Below are positions 33,491 through 46,361 of a stretch of 64,000 nucleotides of DNA, piece by piece. The stretch comes from the human T2T-CHM13v2.0 reference genome, Homo sapiens: the NCBI RefSeq assembly GCF_009914755.1, contig NC_060932.1; one strand, given 5' to 3'. Each line of letters starts with the position of its first letter. The stretch's first letter is position 1. The notes under the pieces are model-generated. The model did not search any database. It saw only the letters and a program-made list of their open reading frames with translations, and was not told where the DNA came from. The translations under genes were made by a program, and so were the position numbers.

Positions 33491-35162
33491 TCACTCTATC
33501 ATTTTCTGTGAAACGGTTTATATTACATTTAGCTGACCTGTTCCCTGAACGTACAAAAGTATTTGTCTTTATAGCTAGGCCTGGCACATTTTTTAGCTAT
33601 AGTATTTTGACCACATTTTCAATTTCTTTTATGCTGTTTCGTTGGCTCAGGTTTTCTATTTCTTGGCTCAATTTTGTTTATTTACATTTTCCTAATGAGT
33701 TCTGTTTTTATTGTGATCTTTACAATTTATTATGTAAGAACTATACTGCACATCCTAGTCTTACGTAAGTTGCTTTTCTATGGTCCCATACCCTTTTAAT
33801 TAATTACATCTATTTGTGTTTTTCTTTTATTCTTGACTAGATTCACTAAAAGTATATTCATTTTATTGCTATGTTTCTACTCAAATAGCTTACAGAATAT
33901 TAAGTAAAATACATGGTCATTTGAATTTTCCTATTTTTCACATTCTAGGTAAACTGAGGTGGAATTTCCTGTCTTCAAATAATACACCATCCTGAAGAAT
34001 TCTAACATTTGTACCCAGGCAACACATCACAACAACAATTTTACAAATAAGAAGACTGTGTTCAAGAGAGGCCTTTTTGGCAATTCACAGGAGAAATAAA
34101 AATGTAACTTCCAGGGCCAGCGTTTGCCCAGCTCTTGCTGTGGGGGCCAAGCCCAAAGTTAACAAGGACTGACATTAATCATCACATCATTTCTAAATGG
34201 AGTTTGCATCCAGGAAGAACCTAAGCGAGTTTTCTCTCCTCTTATGAGACTTTTTGCGTATGTGCTATAAGTCATTCAGGGGAAAAAACCCTGGGGCATA
34301 ATTTCATGGGAGGGAAGGGCTTGTTTAAATAGGAACTTTATGCCACAGTACATGACTAAGAAACTATGTAAGTATGAACCCTAGGGCCCTGTCTTCCTGA
34401 TTCAGCCAAGCCAGGTAATTGCTGCAAAGTATTCAAAGATTCCTTGTTATTTTGAATGAAGTGAGTTCAGAAATATTGCTCAAATATGACACAGACAACC
34501 CTGGGGTGAAGCCAGACTTTGAGATTGGAGATTACACACACACACACACAAAAACCCAAACCCCAAACTGTAATAGCATAGCCTACATTTTAATATTAAA
34601 GATGTGTAGTTTGGCTATTATGAGGGAGTATTGCAATCACATAGTTGCTTAATTAAAATGCTGCCTTTCAAAACATCTACTAAGAAATTCAAAATCTGGC
34701 CATCCAAATGAACATTCCCTAAAACTTTAAGTCACTTTTATTGGTGCTATAACAATTCTACACTAAATGTAGTTTCTCCCAAGAGGGTAAAGACTGACAT
34801 TCAAAAACATGAATTCTGAGGACAAGGACCAATTAGAGACAACAAATAGCTGTCCCAATCTCAGTGAGATAATGAACACGAAAGTGTTTAGGAACATTAT
34901 CCATCTGGAGCTGGTTCTACGATTTCATCACCCCCACCTCCTTTTCAAGCCTCCTTCAGGTATTTCTGGAAGATCTCAGGGTGTATATCTGAGTACTCAC
35001 AAATCAGTTGGGCTATTTTGTTTTTTTCTGCTCTGACCTTCACCAGGTGGTATCACCAATATCTACTCGGCCTTGCAAATATTTTAATAGATGTTGTCAT
35101 ACCTCCTTCTAGCACCCTTATCTCAGGCAGGCCCCATGTCTTTTCCATTGGGATACCCATGA

Positions 35163-35697
<535 letters not shown>

Positions 35698-35846
35698 TGA
35701 CTTTTTTTCCAAGGGCTTCTCACAAATCCTTATGCAAACAGACTTCCAGTGGGAAAGCACCACACATGCTTCCTTAGTTATGCTGCTCCTTCTGGAGGCC
35801 CCCAGCCTTCCCACCCACCTAAAGGGGTGACAGTCATAGTGTAGAG

Positions 35847-37286
<1,440 letters not shown>

Positions 37287-37960
37287 CTTTAGAGCATGGA
37301 CCCTGGAGTCAGGCTGTCTGGGTCTGGATTTTATTTTGCCACTAATTAATTATGTAGGTAATTTCTGGACACCTCCTAAGCCACATTTGTGAGGTGGGAA
37401 TGACCGGAGAGTTATATTTACCTCATTAGGTTGTATGGGGATTAAACAAGGTGATTTGGAGCCAGTACTCATTACTTCATACGCAGTTATTATTGTTACT
37501 TTACAGTTGGTGGCTGTGAAAAAATAAAATCGTTCTGGTATTAAATACAAGTTCTGGATTAAATGCTTGTTTTCTTAACTGACCACAAACAGGAAGAAAA
37601 ATCTGCTGAATATGACAGTCGTCTAAACAAGATAGTCATAGTGTCCGTGTGCCCAAGGAACTGAAGAGTGAAACTTCACTCTTGTCACAAAAAATGATCA
37701 GATTTAGGCAAATAACTTCCTACTCTTGCTACATAGCCCAGAGACTTCAGCAATCAAGTATTTTTCTTTATTTTGTTTTGAAGAAGGTTGAATAAAATTT
37801 GTCATTTATTCATGTTCTTCTATGGTCATTTTCCCTGTAAATCTATGACTTTCTATAGCTACAATCATTTTGCGGCATAGACAATCTAATTATTTTCATT
37901 TATGCCTACATTATACATTTTCCACATTTCTTCTAAGTTTTCATCATCTCTCTTTTTGTT

Positions 37961-38273
37961 CTTTTTTTTTTTTTTTTTTTTTTTTGGCAGGGGGAACAGG
38001 GTCCCCCTGTCACCTAGGCTGGAATGCAATGGTGCCACATCAGCTCACTGTAACCTCCACCTCCTGGGCTCAAGGAATCCTCCTACCTCAGCTTCCTGAG
38101 TAGCTGATACTACAGACACACACCACCACACCCTGGTAATTTTTGCATTTTTTGTAGAAACAGGGTTTTGCCGTGTTGCCCAGCCTGGTCTCGAACTCCT
38201 GGGCCCAAGTGATCTGCCCGCCTTGGCCTCCCAAAGTGCTGAGATTACAGGCATGAGCCACTGCGTCCAGCCC
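37961..38273 (-). mobile_element. AluJ
   Basis: Antisense dimer; TSD CATCATCTCT. Confidence 0.87.
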
Positions 38274-40080
38274 ATCATCTCTTATTTTAAACAGTTTTAT
38301 GAATGTAATTTTTCAATGTATATAGGAATCAAGACATACGGTAAATAAACATAGTTTGTTTTTTTTAAAATCAGGTAGTTTGATTTCATCTCACCTAAAT
38401 ATGGATCTAGTTTTCAAGAAACTAATGCCTTCTTACTGCTCACATCATCCACCTCTCCCAACAGTGGAATCAGCTCATTTAGACACAGCAAAGAACATTC
38501 CAGAAACAACACTAGAAAAAAGAATTTTCCCATGTTCATGAAAAGGGTAAATCATAAGTATAAATCTCCTTGTGACAGAGATGAGGAGATAATAGCATTG
38601 GAGCCCCGAGCATTATCTTCCCATCCATCAGAGAAGCCGGACCCCCACAGCCACATGGCAGAGCCTGTGCAGACTCAGAGATGCTCACGACCTAAGTCAC
38701 TTGCAGAGTGGAGAGTGAATAATGATGTTGGAATCCCTGGGGCCTATGAAAAGGTACTTCTGGGACTAGGGTGATTCATGGTTTCCTTTGTCCTGCTAAG
38801 CTCATGGGTCCCAGAATTACAATGTATCACCTACTCCTGGCTTACTTAGAACCATCCTTAGGAGCCTGCAAAGCACTGCTTAGAACCAATTACATTATTT
38901 GCATTGTTATCATTTTTTTGGTAGTTCCATTAGCCACTGACTCGTATAGGATCACAGAATAATCTTCTTTTATCTAGAGAGAGAGAGAAAAAAGACACTT
39001 TAAACGACTCCACAGCATCTCATAGAGAAGCCATCAGACCAGCCTGATTTGGCAAAAACAAGCCTGGTAATCAACAGGGAGGTGAGGCTCTTGCCAGTTC
39101 TCTTCACATCCTGTCCATTTATTCTCTAAGGCATTGTAAGGGTTAGTCACAATACTCATGTCAAACTAACCCTCAAAGCCACTTACCCTCATTTCTTTCT
39201 CCATGGCTCCTTCAAGCAGAGCCTGTGAGTGTCTGTGCGTGCTTAAGTGTGTTTGTATTTGTGTGGGTTTTGGAGTCTGAAGATCTCTGTGGAATATGCT
39301 TAATGTTTCTTCTGAAAAGATATCAGAGGAAAAAAAAAGGGTATTTCTGGGCATCACGCTGTCATTCCAACTGCCTGTCTGGTTAACTGTCTAATTTTAA
39401 GCCTCATTCTAATAAAAGACTTTGAAAAGCTCTGCTTTTATGATTTAAAAGGACATTCACACTAGGATTTAGCCATCTGATATAGCAAAGTGAGTGGATT
39501 TCAGTTTTCAAAAGGAAATGATAAACATACTGAAAGCTGTAATTAAAATTTTCCATTTTCCTCCAACTCTCTTAAAGCCATTGTCAAATTTGAAATCTCT
39601 GGCACCCAAATTCAAACCTCTAGTTTTGGAAGAAGAAGACTTCAATGCAAAAGTGGGATGAGGCAGTTGAAATCGCTTTGGTAGAAACCCAGTTCCACTG
39701 GATAAGAGCATTAACATTCTGATGTATGGTACATTTGAAATATACCTTTGGTCAGAGAACAGAGGTCATCCAATTTCCCTAAGCACGGAGAATTCATGTA
39801 ACTTTGAGAAGCCCTGAGTCCACAACAGGCAAGTCATATAATCCAGTGCAGAGCGCTTTAGCTCCTAAGGGGCCACATGGAGAAGTTGCTGAGGAAGGCG
39901 TGAAGAAGTGGGTCCTAAAGAAATATTGAAAGGAAAACTTTGATACAGAGCAACTGGGACAGGAAAGGGTGAAGACAAGATAGATATAAATGGTGACCAA
40001 GACAATGGCAACTCTACTCCCTTGCTATTCAAGCCCCAAACCTTAGAGTCACTCTTTTTGTTTTGAATTAATATTTGTTT

Positions 40081-40649
40081 AGAGACAGGGTCTTGCTATG
40101 TTGTCCAAGCTGAAATGCAGTGCCAATTCACAGGTGCCATCCCATTATTGATCAGAAGGGGAGCTCAAGAGAGGGTGCCACCTGGAGCCTGAGGCAGTTC
40201 AAATGTGAAGTCCCGGCTACGGGATCTTTGTCAATAATGCAGTCAGTGACAGAGAAAAGACAAGGATGCATCCAGTTGCTTTCTACACAGGGATGCTCTC
40301 TGGGCTGCTGGCTGGTTGGAAAAGGGAGGTCTTGGGGTAGATTTCCCCCTGGATATGTGGGCCTGAATTTCTTCAGCTAAGGAGGAGTACCGAAGTTTTG
40401 GGATATAGGACTTCCAAATTAGGGCTTTCCAAATAATTGACCCGCTCCATTTCTGACCTGGACCAGTTCACCCCTCCTTAGGCAACCTGGTGGTCGCCTG
40501 CTCCCAGGATGTCACTATATTGATGCGGAACTTAGTGCAGACACCTGATCAGCATAGCTCACTGCAGCCTGGAACTCCTGGGCTCAAGCAATCCTCTTGC
40601 CTCAGCCTCCCTAGCAGCTGGGACTACAGGCATGTGCGACCTAGCTGGC
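40081..40649 (-). pseudogene. Full-length 7SL (SRP RNA) retropseudogene with a ~280-bp internal insertion
   Basis: Contains the S-domain absent from Alu (CCCCTCCTTAGGCAACCTGGTGG..ATATTGATG..AACTTAGTGC); degenerate A-tail 40057-40080; TSD TTAGAGTCA(C/T)TCTT at 40043-40056 / 40651-40664. Confidence 0.93.
40158..40437 (+). repeat. Diverged local copy of 42716-42981 inserted in the 7SL pseudogene
   Basis: Co-linear shared blocks, e.g. GCCACCTGGAGCC, ATGCTCTCTGGGCTGCTGGCTGGTTGG, GGACTTCCAAATTAGGGCTTTC. Confidence 0.93.
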
Positions 40650-40871
40650 TTTAGAGTCATTCTTGACCCAGCTTGTATCTCACATGCAGGGACAAGAACC
40701 AAGGTGTGTGGGGCCTGAAGGGTGTACGATACGGGTAGGGCTCTTTAAAAAAAAAAAGAAAAATACAAGCATATCTCTTTCTGGGGGAAAACTTTCCAAA
40801 AAAGATTGAAGCCTCACAGTAGTAGATCCCCCTGCCGTTCATGTGGCCCTCCTCTTGGTTCTTTTTCATGC

Positions 40872-41112
40872 TGTGATGCAATCATAGCTCACTGCTAGCC
40901 TCGACCTCCTGGGCTCAAGCAATCCTCCCACCTCAGTCTCCTGAGTAGATAGGGCCACAGGCACAGCCACCATGCCCAGGATATATATATAGTAGAGGAG
41001 GGTCTCACTATGTTGTCCAGGCTGATTTTGAACTCCTGACCTTAAGCAATCCTCCCACCTCAGCCTCCCAAAATGCTGGGATTACAGGTGTGAGCCACCA
41101 CATCTGGCCAGG
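40872..41112 (-). mobile_element. AluJ partial
   Basis: Antisense Alu lacking its 3' end. Confidence 0.82.
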
Positions 41113-41139
41113 CTCTATTTTCACGTATGTCAAGAACCC

Positions 41140-41800
41140 AACATCTTTTTCACCTCCATCCTTATCCTCCTGGACCCAACTACCTTCATGTCTTGCCTGA
41201 ATGACTGAAATAGCCCCCAACATCCATCCATGTGGGCCTCCCTTGCCCCTTTACAATGGATTCATACCACAGCAGGCAAGTTCAATATGTTCCAGGTTGG
41301 CTCAAAGCCCTCCAAACCTCGCTTGTAGTAGTAATATATAAAGTCCATATGCCTGCCAGGGTTCTGCTCTATCTGGCATTCCTCTGCCTCTTAGACCAAG
41401 TTTCCTCTCACCTGTTACTCAGCTCTCATTACCTAGGATCTCTGGGTGACCTGGGAACCTGCCAAACACGCTTGGTGTCCTTTGCCTTTGCTGTTCCTCT
41501 TTTCCAGAATACTTTCTCCCGGAATCTTCACTTCCTTCAGGTCTACACCTCAACCTCAGCTTAGCAGAGCTGCATTCCCAGACCACTCCATAAAAACAGC
41601 AGCACCCTACACGCCCTATCCTCCCTGCTTTGGATTTTTCTCTAATGTTTACTCTCGTTTGGTGTACATTTCTTTACTGTCTTACTCTCCCCGTCTAGAC
41701 TAGAAGCTCTGTGAAGGGACACATTCTACTGTATTCACCGCTGCACCCTCATTCTTAGAGTGATGCCTGGCACTTAACGTGTAGGCATTTAATATGTGTG
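41140..41800. mobile_element. L2 remnant
   Basis: CCTTTGCCTTTGCTGTTCC..CTAGACTAGAAGCTCTGTGAAGGG..GCCTGGCAC, typical of the L2 3' end. Confidence 0.6.
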
Positions 41801-42135
41801 TGAAGAAGGAAGAAGAAATTACCTAACCTGGGAAATTAGAATCATGATATACTAATGGAGGAAGATAAATTATTTTAGGGAAGATGGTGGAATTCTTTCT
41901 GGATGTCAAGTCTAAAGTGACAGAGGAATTTCTTAAATTATTGTTAAACATTGTGAATAAATACCTATTGGTTGATGGAGAAAAAAAAAGCCAGCTCTAG
42001 TAGTTACCCACCGTGAATAGGACTTAAAAAAAATTTCAGACCTCGTTTGGTAAAAAACCACCAAAGTTAAAATGCACTAATTCTCCAATGAAACTTTACT
42101 ATCTTGTTACCTTGTTTGCCTATCTATCTTTACTG

Positions 42136-42137
<2 letters not shown>

Positions 42138-42191
<54 letters not shown>

Positions 42192-42469
42192 CGGAGTTTT
42201 GCCCTGTTGCCCAGGCTGGAGTGCAGTGGCGCGATCTCGGCTCACTTATAGCCTCTGCCTCCCGGGTTCCAGCGATTCTCCTGCCTCAGCCTCCTGGGTA
42301 GCTGGGATTACATGAGCACACCAGCACGTCTGGCTAACTTTTGTATTTTAGTAGAGAAGGGGTTTCACCATGTTGGCCAGGCTGGTCTGGAACTCGTGAC
42401 CTCAGGTGATCCACCCGCCTCGGCCTCCCAAAGTGCTGAGATTACAGGCATGAGCCACCACGCCTGGCC
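42138..42469 (-). mobile_element. AluSx with an uninterrupted T51 tail
   Basis: Poly-T at 42138-42188 followed by an antisense dimer. Confidence 0.9.
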
Positions 42470-42720
42470 AACTACCTGTCTTTACTATCTTTACTACATG
42501 TTTGTCTTCCTTTCTTTTATATTCCTAAAACGCATGAAAACCTTCACAGGCTGCAAGGAGGATATAATTTCTCTCTAGAGGAATCTTCTTCGAAGGTGAA
42601 CGTAATTAAGCTGGTCATTTACTCTACTTGCAATGTTACTTCTCGGTACAAGGTAGGGAGAAACCCCTGGATCTTCATTCTCCAAGTCTCTCCAGGAAGA
42701 AATGAATTCCAAGAGGGGAG

Positions 42721-42746
42721 CTCCAGAGAGGGCGCCACCTGGAGCC
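42721..42746. promoter_or_regulatory. Candidate CTCF site, quasi-palindromic and readable on both strands
   Basis: CTCCAGAGAGGGCGCCACCTGGAG; the minus strand reads CTCCAGGTGGCGCC. Confidence 0.6.
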
Positions 42747-43761
42747 CAAGGCGGTTCAAATGCGCAGCCCCTTTGGGATCTTCGTCAAGAAAAGGCAGTC
42801 GTTGACGGAGAAAAGACGGGGATGCGCCTTGGCCCTTTCTCCACGGGAATGCTCTCTGGGCTGCTGGCTGGTTGGGAAAGGGAGGTCTGGGCATGAGGGT
42901 CTAAGTTTCTTCAGCTTAAGGTTGGGGGGTCCCCGGAGTTTGGGGATACAGGACTTCCAAATTAGGGCTTTCTAAACAATTTCCCTGCAGAGGATCCCCT
43001 AGCAAACGGTCTGATACTTCTGAGGAGCCCACCTCCCTTGCACCAGCTCTCCGGTGATAAAAGTTCTGCTTTCCAGGCTCTAAGCGGTGGCCCCGGGAGA
43101 TTCAGTCTGCCCTGAGTCCGGCTTCTCCCGCTCGCGGCGCGGGTTCAAGCTCCAGGGGGTGAAGGCAGAAGTCAACTGCTCATTCATTCAACAAATATTT
43201 ATTGCGCGCCCGCTTAGTGCCAGGCACCGGAGGTGCCCCGAGCAAGAAGCCGCTCTCGCTGATCCGTTTCCGCTCCCCAAGTGTCCGGCGCGCGCCGTGG
43301 GAGCGCAGCCCGCATCCCTCGCCCACCGGCCGCCCGGCCTGGGCGTGCCCGGCTCCTCCAGCGCAGCCCTCTGTCGGGAGCCGGACCCCCGGGACCCAGC
43401 CTCCGGGGTATCAGCCGGGTGGGGAGGGCGGGAGAAAGGCAAAGTGCCGCCAGCGTCAAAGTCCCGCCGGCCCAGGAAGCCGCTCCAGGGAAGCGCGCGA
43501 GGCGGAGCCGCAGTCGGCCCCCGCCCGGCAGAGCGCAGAGAGCGGCGCGGGCGGGAGAGGCCGGGCGCCCGCGGCTCGGAGGCGGCCCCGGCGGGCGGAG
43601 GGTGCGGCCGGCGGGAGGGACTGGGGCGGCGCCAGGAGGGGCGCGCACTGCTGCGCTGCAGCCCGGCCCAGCAGGTGACCGCGGGCGGCGCGGGCACGGG
43701 CACGGGCGCGGGCGGCGCGGCGAGGAGGCGGCCCGCGGAGTCCAGCGAAGTTTGGCGGAAC

Positions 43762-43827
43762 ATGGCGGAAGCGTCTGGGGCACGCAGGAGCGCGGGGCGG
43801 CGGCGGCCGGAGCCCGAGGAGCTGTAG
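43762..43827 (+). other. Candidate upstream ORF (21 aa, MAEASGARRSAGRRRPEPEEL)
   Basis: AACATGG strong Kozak context; TAG ends 39 nt before the DOCK5 ATG. Confidence 0.5.
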
Positions 43828-43866
43828 CAGCCTTAGTCGCCGCCGCCGCGGGGCGAGGTCGCCGCC

Positions 43867-43909
43867 ATGGCCCGCTGGATCCCGACCAAGAGGCAGAAGT
43901 ACGGGGTTG
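43867..43909 (+). CDS. DOCK5: Dedicator of cytokinesis 5 (DOCK-A Rac GEF), first coding exon (43 nt, phase-1 donor)
   Basis: Ideal Kozak GCCGCCATGG; MARWIPTKRQKYGV matches the recalled DOCK5 N-terminus (DOCK1 is MTRWVPTKREEKYGV); canonical donor G|GTGAGT at 43909/43910. Confidence 0.96.
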
Positions 43910-45306
43910 GTGAGTGCGCGCCCCACCTTGTCCCGGCCCGACCCACGCGGCCAAGTTCGCGGACAGCGGCCCTGCCAGGTTTGCGCAGAGCCCGGCGGAG
44001 GACCCTGGCCGGGGGCTCGGCCCGGCTGCGCAGCTCTGGGAGCCGGGGACGGTAGGAGTCCTCTCCAGGGAGCGCCGATGGGGAAGTCGCCCAGGGTTTG
44101 GGGACTCCGAGTGCTTCCAAGTGCAGCTGAGCTTCGGGACCGTAATCCCGCTCTTGCATCCCAATCTCCGGCACTTCACACCAGGGAAATGTCAACGCGA
44201 GGGGGGCGCGCCTGCTGCTCTTTTGGGGCCGCAGCTCTGTGGCTCGCCCCGGTGCGCCCAGCGTGGGTTTCACCTGGGAGTAGGTGACCAGCCCGGGTCG
44301 GCACATGGACTGGTGCTCATTGTCCCAGTGCTTTCTGCCCCCCGCTTTCGTAGGTTCTTCTCAGACGCCCCTTAAGTGAGGAGTTGAGGGTGGAAAGCCG
44401 CCCTGCCCCCTTTCCTCCAGAGACTGGGATCTTGATGACAGTTGTGAGCTGGATGGAAACTAGAGTCGTGGCGTGGAAGTGATGGAAGGGACAGGAAGTT
44501 GTGGCACGGGAAGGGGGTGGCTGGCCCCTGGGGCTGTTTGTGCGCACTCATCCCCTAACGGAGCCTGTCTGGAGAGGGTGTAAGGCTGCCTTCCGGATCC
44601 TGAGTTTCATCCTGGAGACGAGAAGAGGACATTTTATTAAGGAAACTGTGCCAGACCCCGTGCTGGGCACTTGGCATTCAGAACAGCGGTGCTGGAGAGC
44701 CCCGGGTTGTGCGCAGGGGTTGCTGGTGGTGGTGCTTTGGCTCCGAAACAATAGATGTGCGGGGATTTTGACCCAGGTGGAAAGTCAGGCTCCTTTGGCT
44801 TTTTATCAAGGATTGAAGTTATTGAGGGCCTGTGGGAAGACTTCTGCCCTGAACGGGGTGATTACAATGGCAGTTAGACCTGGGGTGATTCCCTACAATA
44901 AACACGGCTGAGTGTGTTGCGAATTTTATCACTTCCTCTCAGATCCATTCATTTGGCCTGTTTGTAATTTAGTCTTTGACTTTACTCCCTTACTGAGGTC
45001 CTGTTTTTCCTCACCTCACTGGTTAATGAAGTGCAGTCTCAATTAAGAGCTACTCAACGTGTCTAGGGGCTTTTCAACTCTGTAGCCAGGAGTCAGGGTT
45101 TTTTGTTGTTGTTTGTTTTGTTTTTTAACAGTCTCATATTTACTATATTATTCTTAGGTTGTGATCCTTTATATATTTATTATTTTTTGTTTTCCCTCAA
45201 TTCAAAAGACATTTTCTTTTTTGCTCTTAAGTTGCTTTTAGAATCTTAGTCTCTCCCTTAGCTGCATCTCAGAAATGGGTAGAGATGTTGCTTCTGCCTC
45301 AGGGCT

Positions 45307-45636
45307 CTTTTTTTTTTTTTTTTTGGTTTGTTTGTTTTTGAGACGGACTGACGAGGGAGTCTCACTCTGTCGCCCAGGCCGGAGTGCAGTGGCGCAATCT
45401 CGGCTCACTGCAAGCTCCACCTCTAGGTTCCAGCAATTCTCCTGTCTCAGCCCCCCTCCCCGAGTAGCTGGGATTACGGGCTTGCATCACTACACCTGAC
45501 TAATTTTTGTATTTTTAGTAGAAACCAGGTTTCGCCATCTGGGCCAGGCTGGTCTCAAACTCCTGACCTCAGGTGATCCGCCTGCCTCGGCCTCCCAAAG
45601 TGTTGGGATTACAGTCATGAGCCACCTCACCTGGCC
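45307..45636 (-). mobile_element. AluS
   Basis: Antisense dimer. Confidence 0.88.
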
Positions 45637-45875
45637 CCTAGATGAAAGCATATTTACAATGCCCAATCACTACAGAAATGTTATCAACTCTAATTTTATC
45701 AGGATTAAAAGCTCTTTTCAAAACTATTCAGTTGAGGGTAATTAATGCAAACATGTTTCAAAAATGTGGTTTTTATTGCCATAGTCCTAGGAGCAAGTAT
45801 AATTGTTTTTAATATTTTGTTTTTATGTTCTGGAGTCAGTTTACTGTGTCACTTATCAGTCAAGAAAAATATTTG

Positions 45876-46320
45876 GGCCAGGTGCGATGGCTCACGTCTG
45901 TAATCCCAACAATTTGGGTGGCAGAGGCAGGAGGATTGCTTGAGCCCAGGAGTTCAAAACTAGCATAGCAACATGGCAAACGGGTCTTTACAATAAATAC
46001 GAAAAAAATTTAGCCGGGCATGGTCGCCTGTGCCTGTGGTTCTAGCTACTGAGGAGGCTGAGGTGGGAGGATAGCTTGAGCCTGGGAGGTTGAGGGTGCA
46101 CCGAGCCCCCATCACGACACTGCACTCCAGCCTGGGTGATACTGTGAGACCCGATCTCAAAAAAAAAACTATATATACATATATATACGTATATATATAT
46201 ATACACACACACACACACGTATACACACACATATATGTATATATGTATATACATATATATGTATATATGCGTATATGTGTGTGTGTGTATATATATATGT
46301 ATATGGAAATATGGGTGGAA

Positions 46321-46355
<35 letters not shown>
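45876..46355 (+). mobile_element. AluJ (45876-46169) with compound (TA)/(CA)/(TG) microsatellite tail (46170-46355)
   Basis: TSD AAAATATTTGG encloses both the Alu and the microsatellite. Confidence 0.86.

Positions 46356-46361
<6 letters not shown>

Larger units (their letters stand above)
43050..44350. promoter_or_regulatory. DOCK5: CpG island / TATA-less promoter and 5'UTR of DOCK5
   Basis: Very GC-rich with abundant CpG, GC boxes (GGGCGG) and a YY1-like AACATGGCG; surrounds the first coding exon. Confidence 0.92.

Noticed and set aside
40081-40649. Functional SRP RNA gene
   Set aside because: TSD and A-tail show retroposition; many substitutions and a 280-bp insertion disrupt the fold.
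43087-44375. Overlapping 150-321-aa ORFs on both strands, including the 62-aa extension of the DOCK5 start
   Set aside because: CpG-island stop-codon depletion giving low-complexity R/G/A/P peptides; the real CDS leaves at the donor after 43909.
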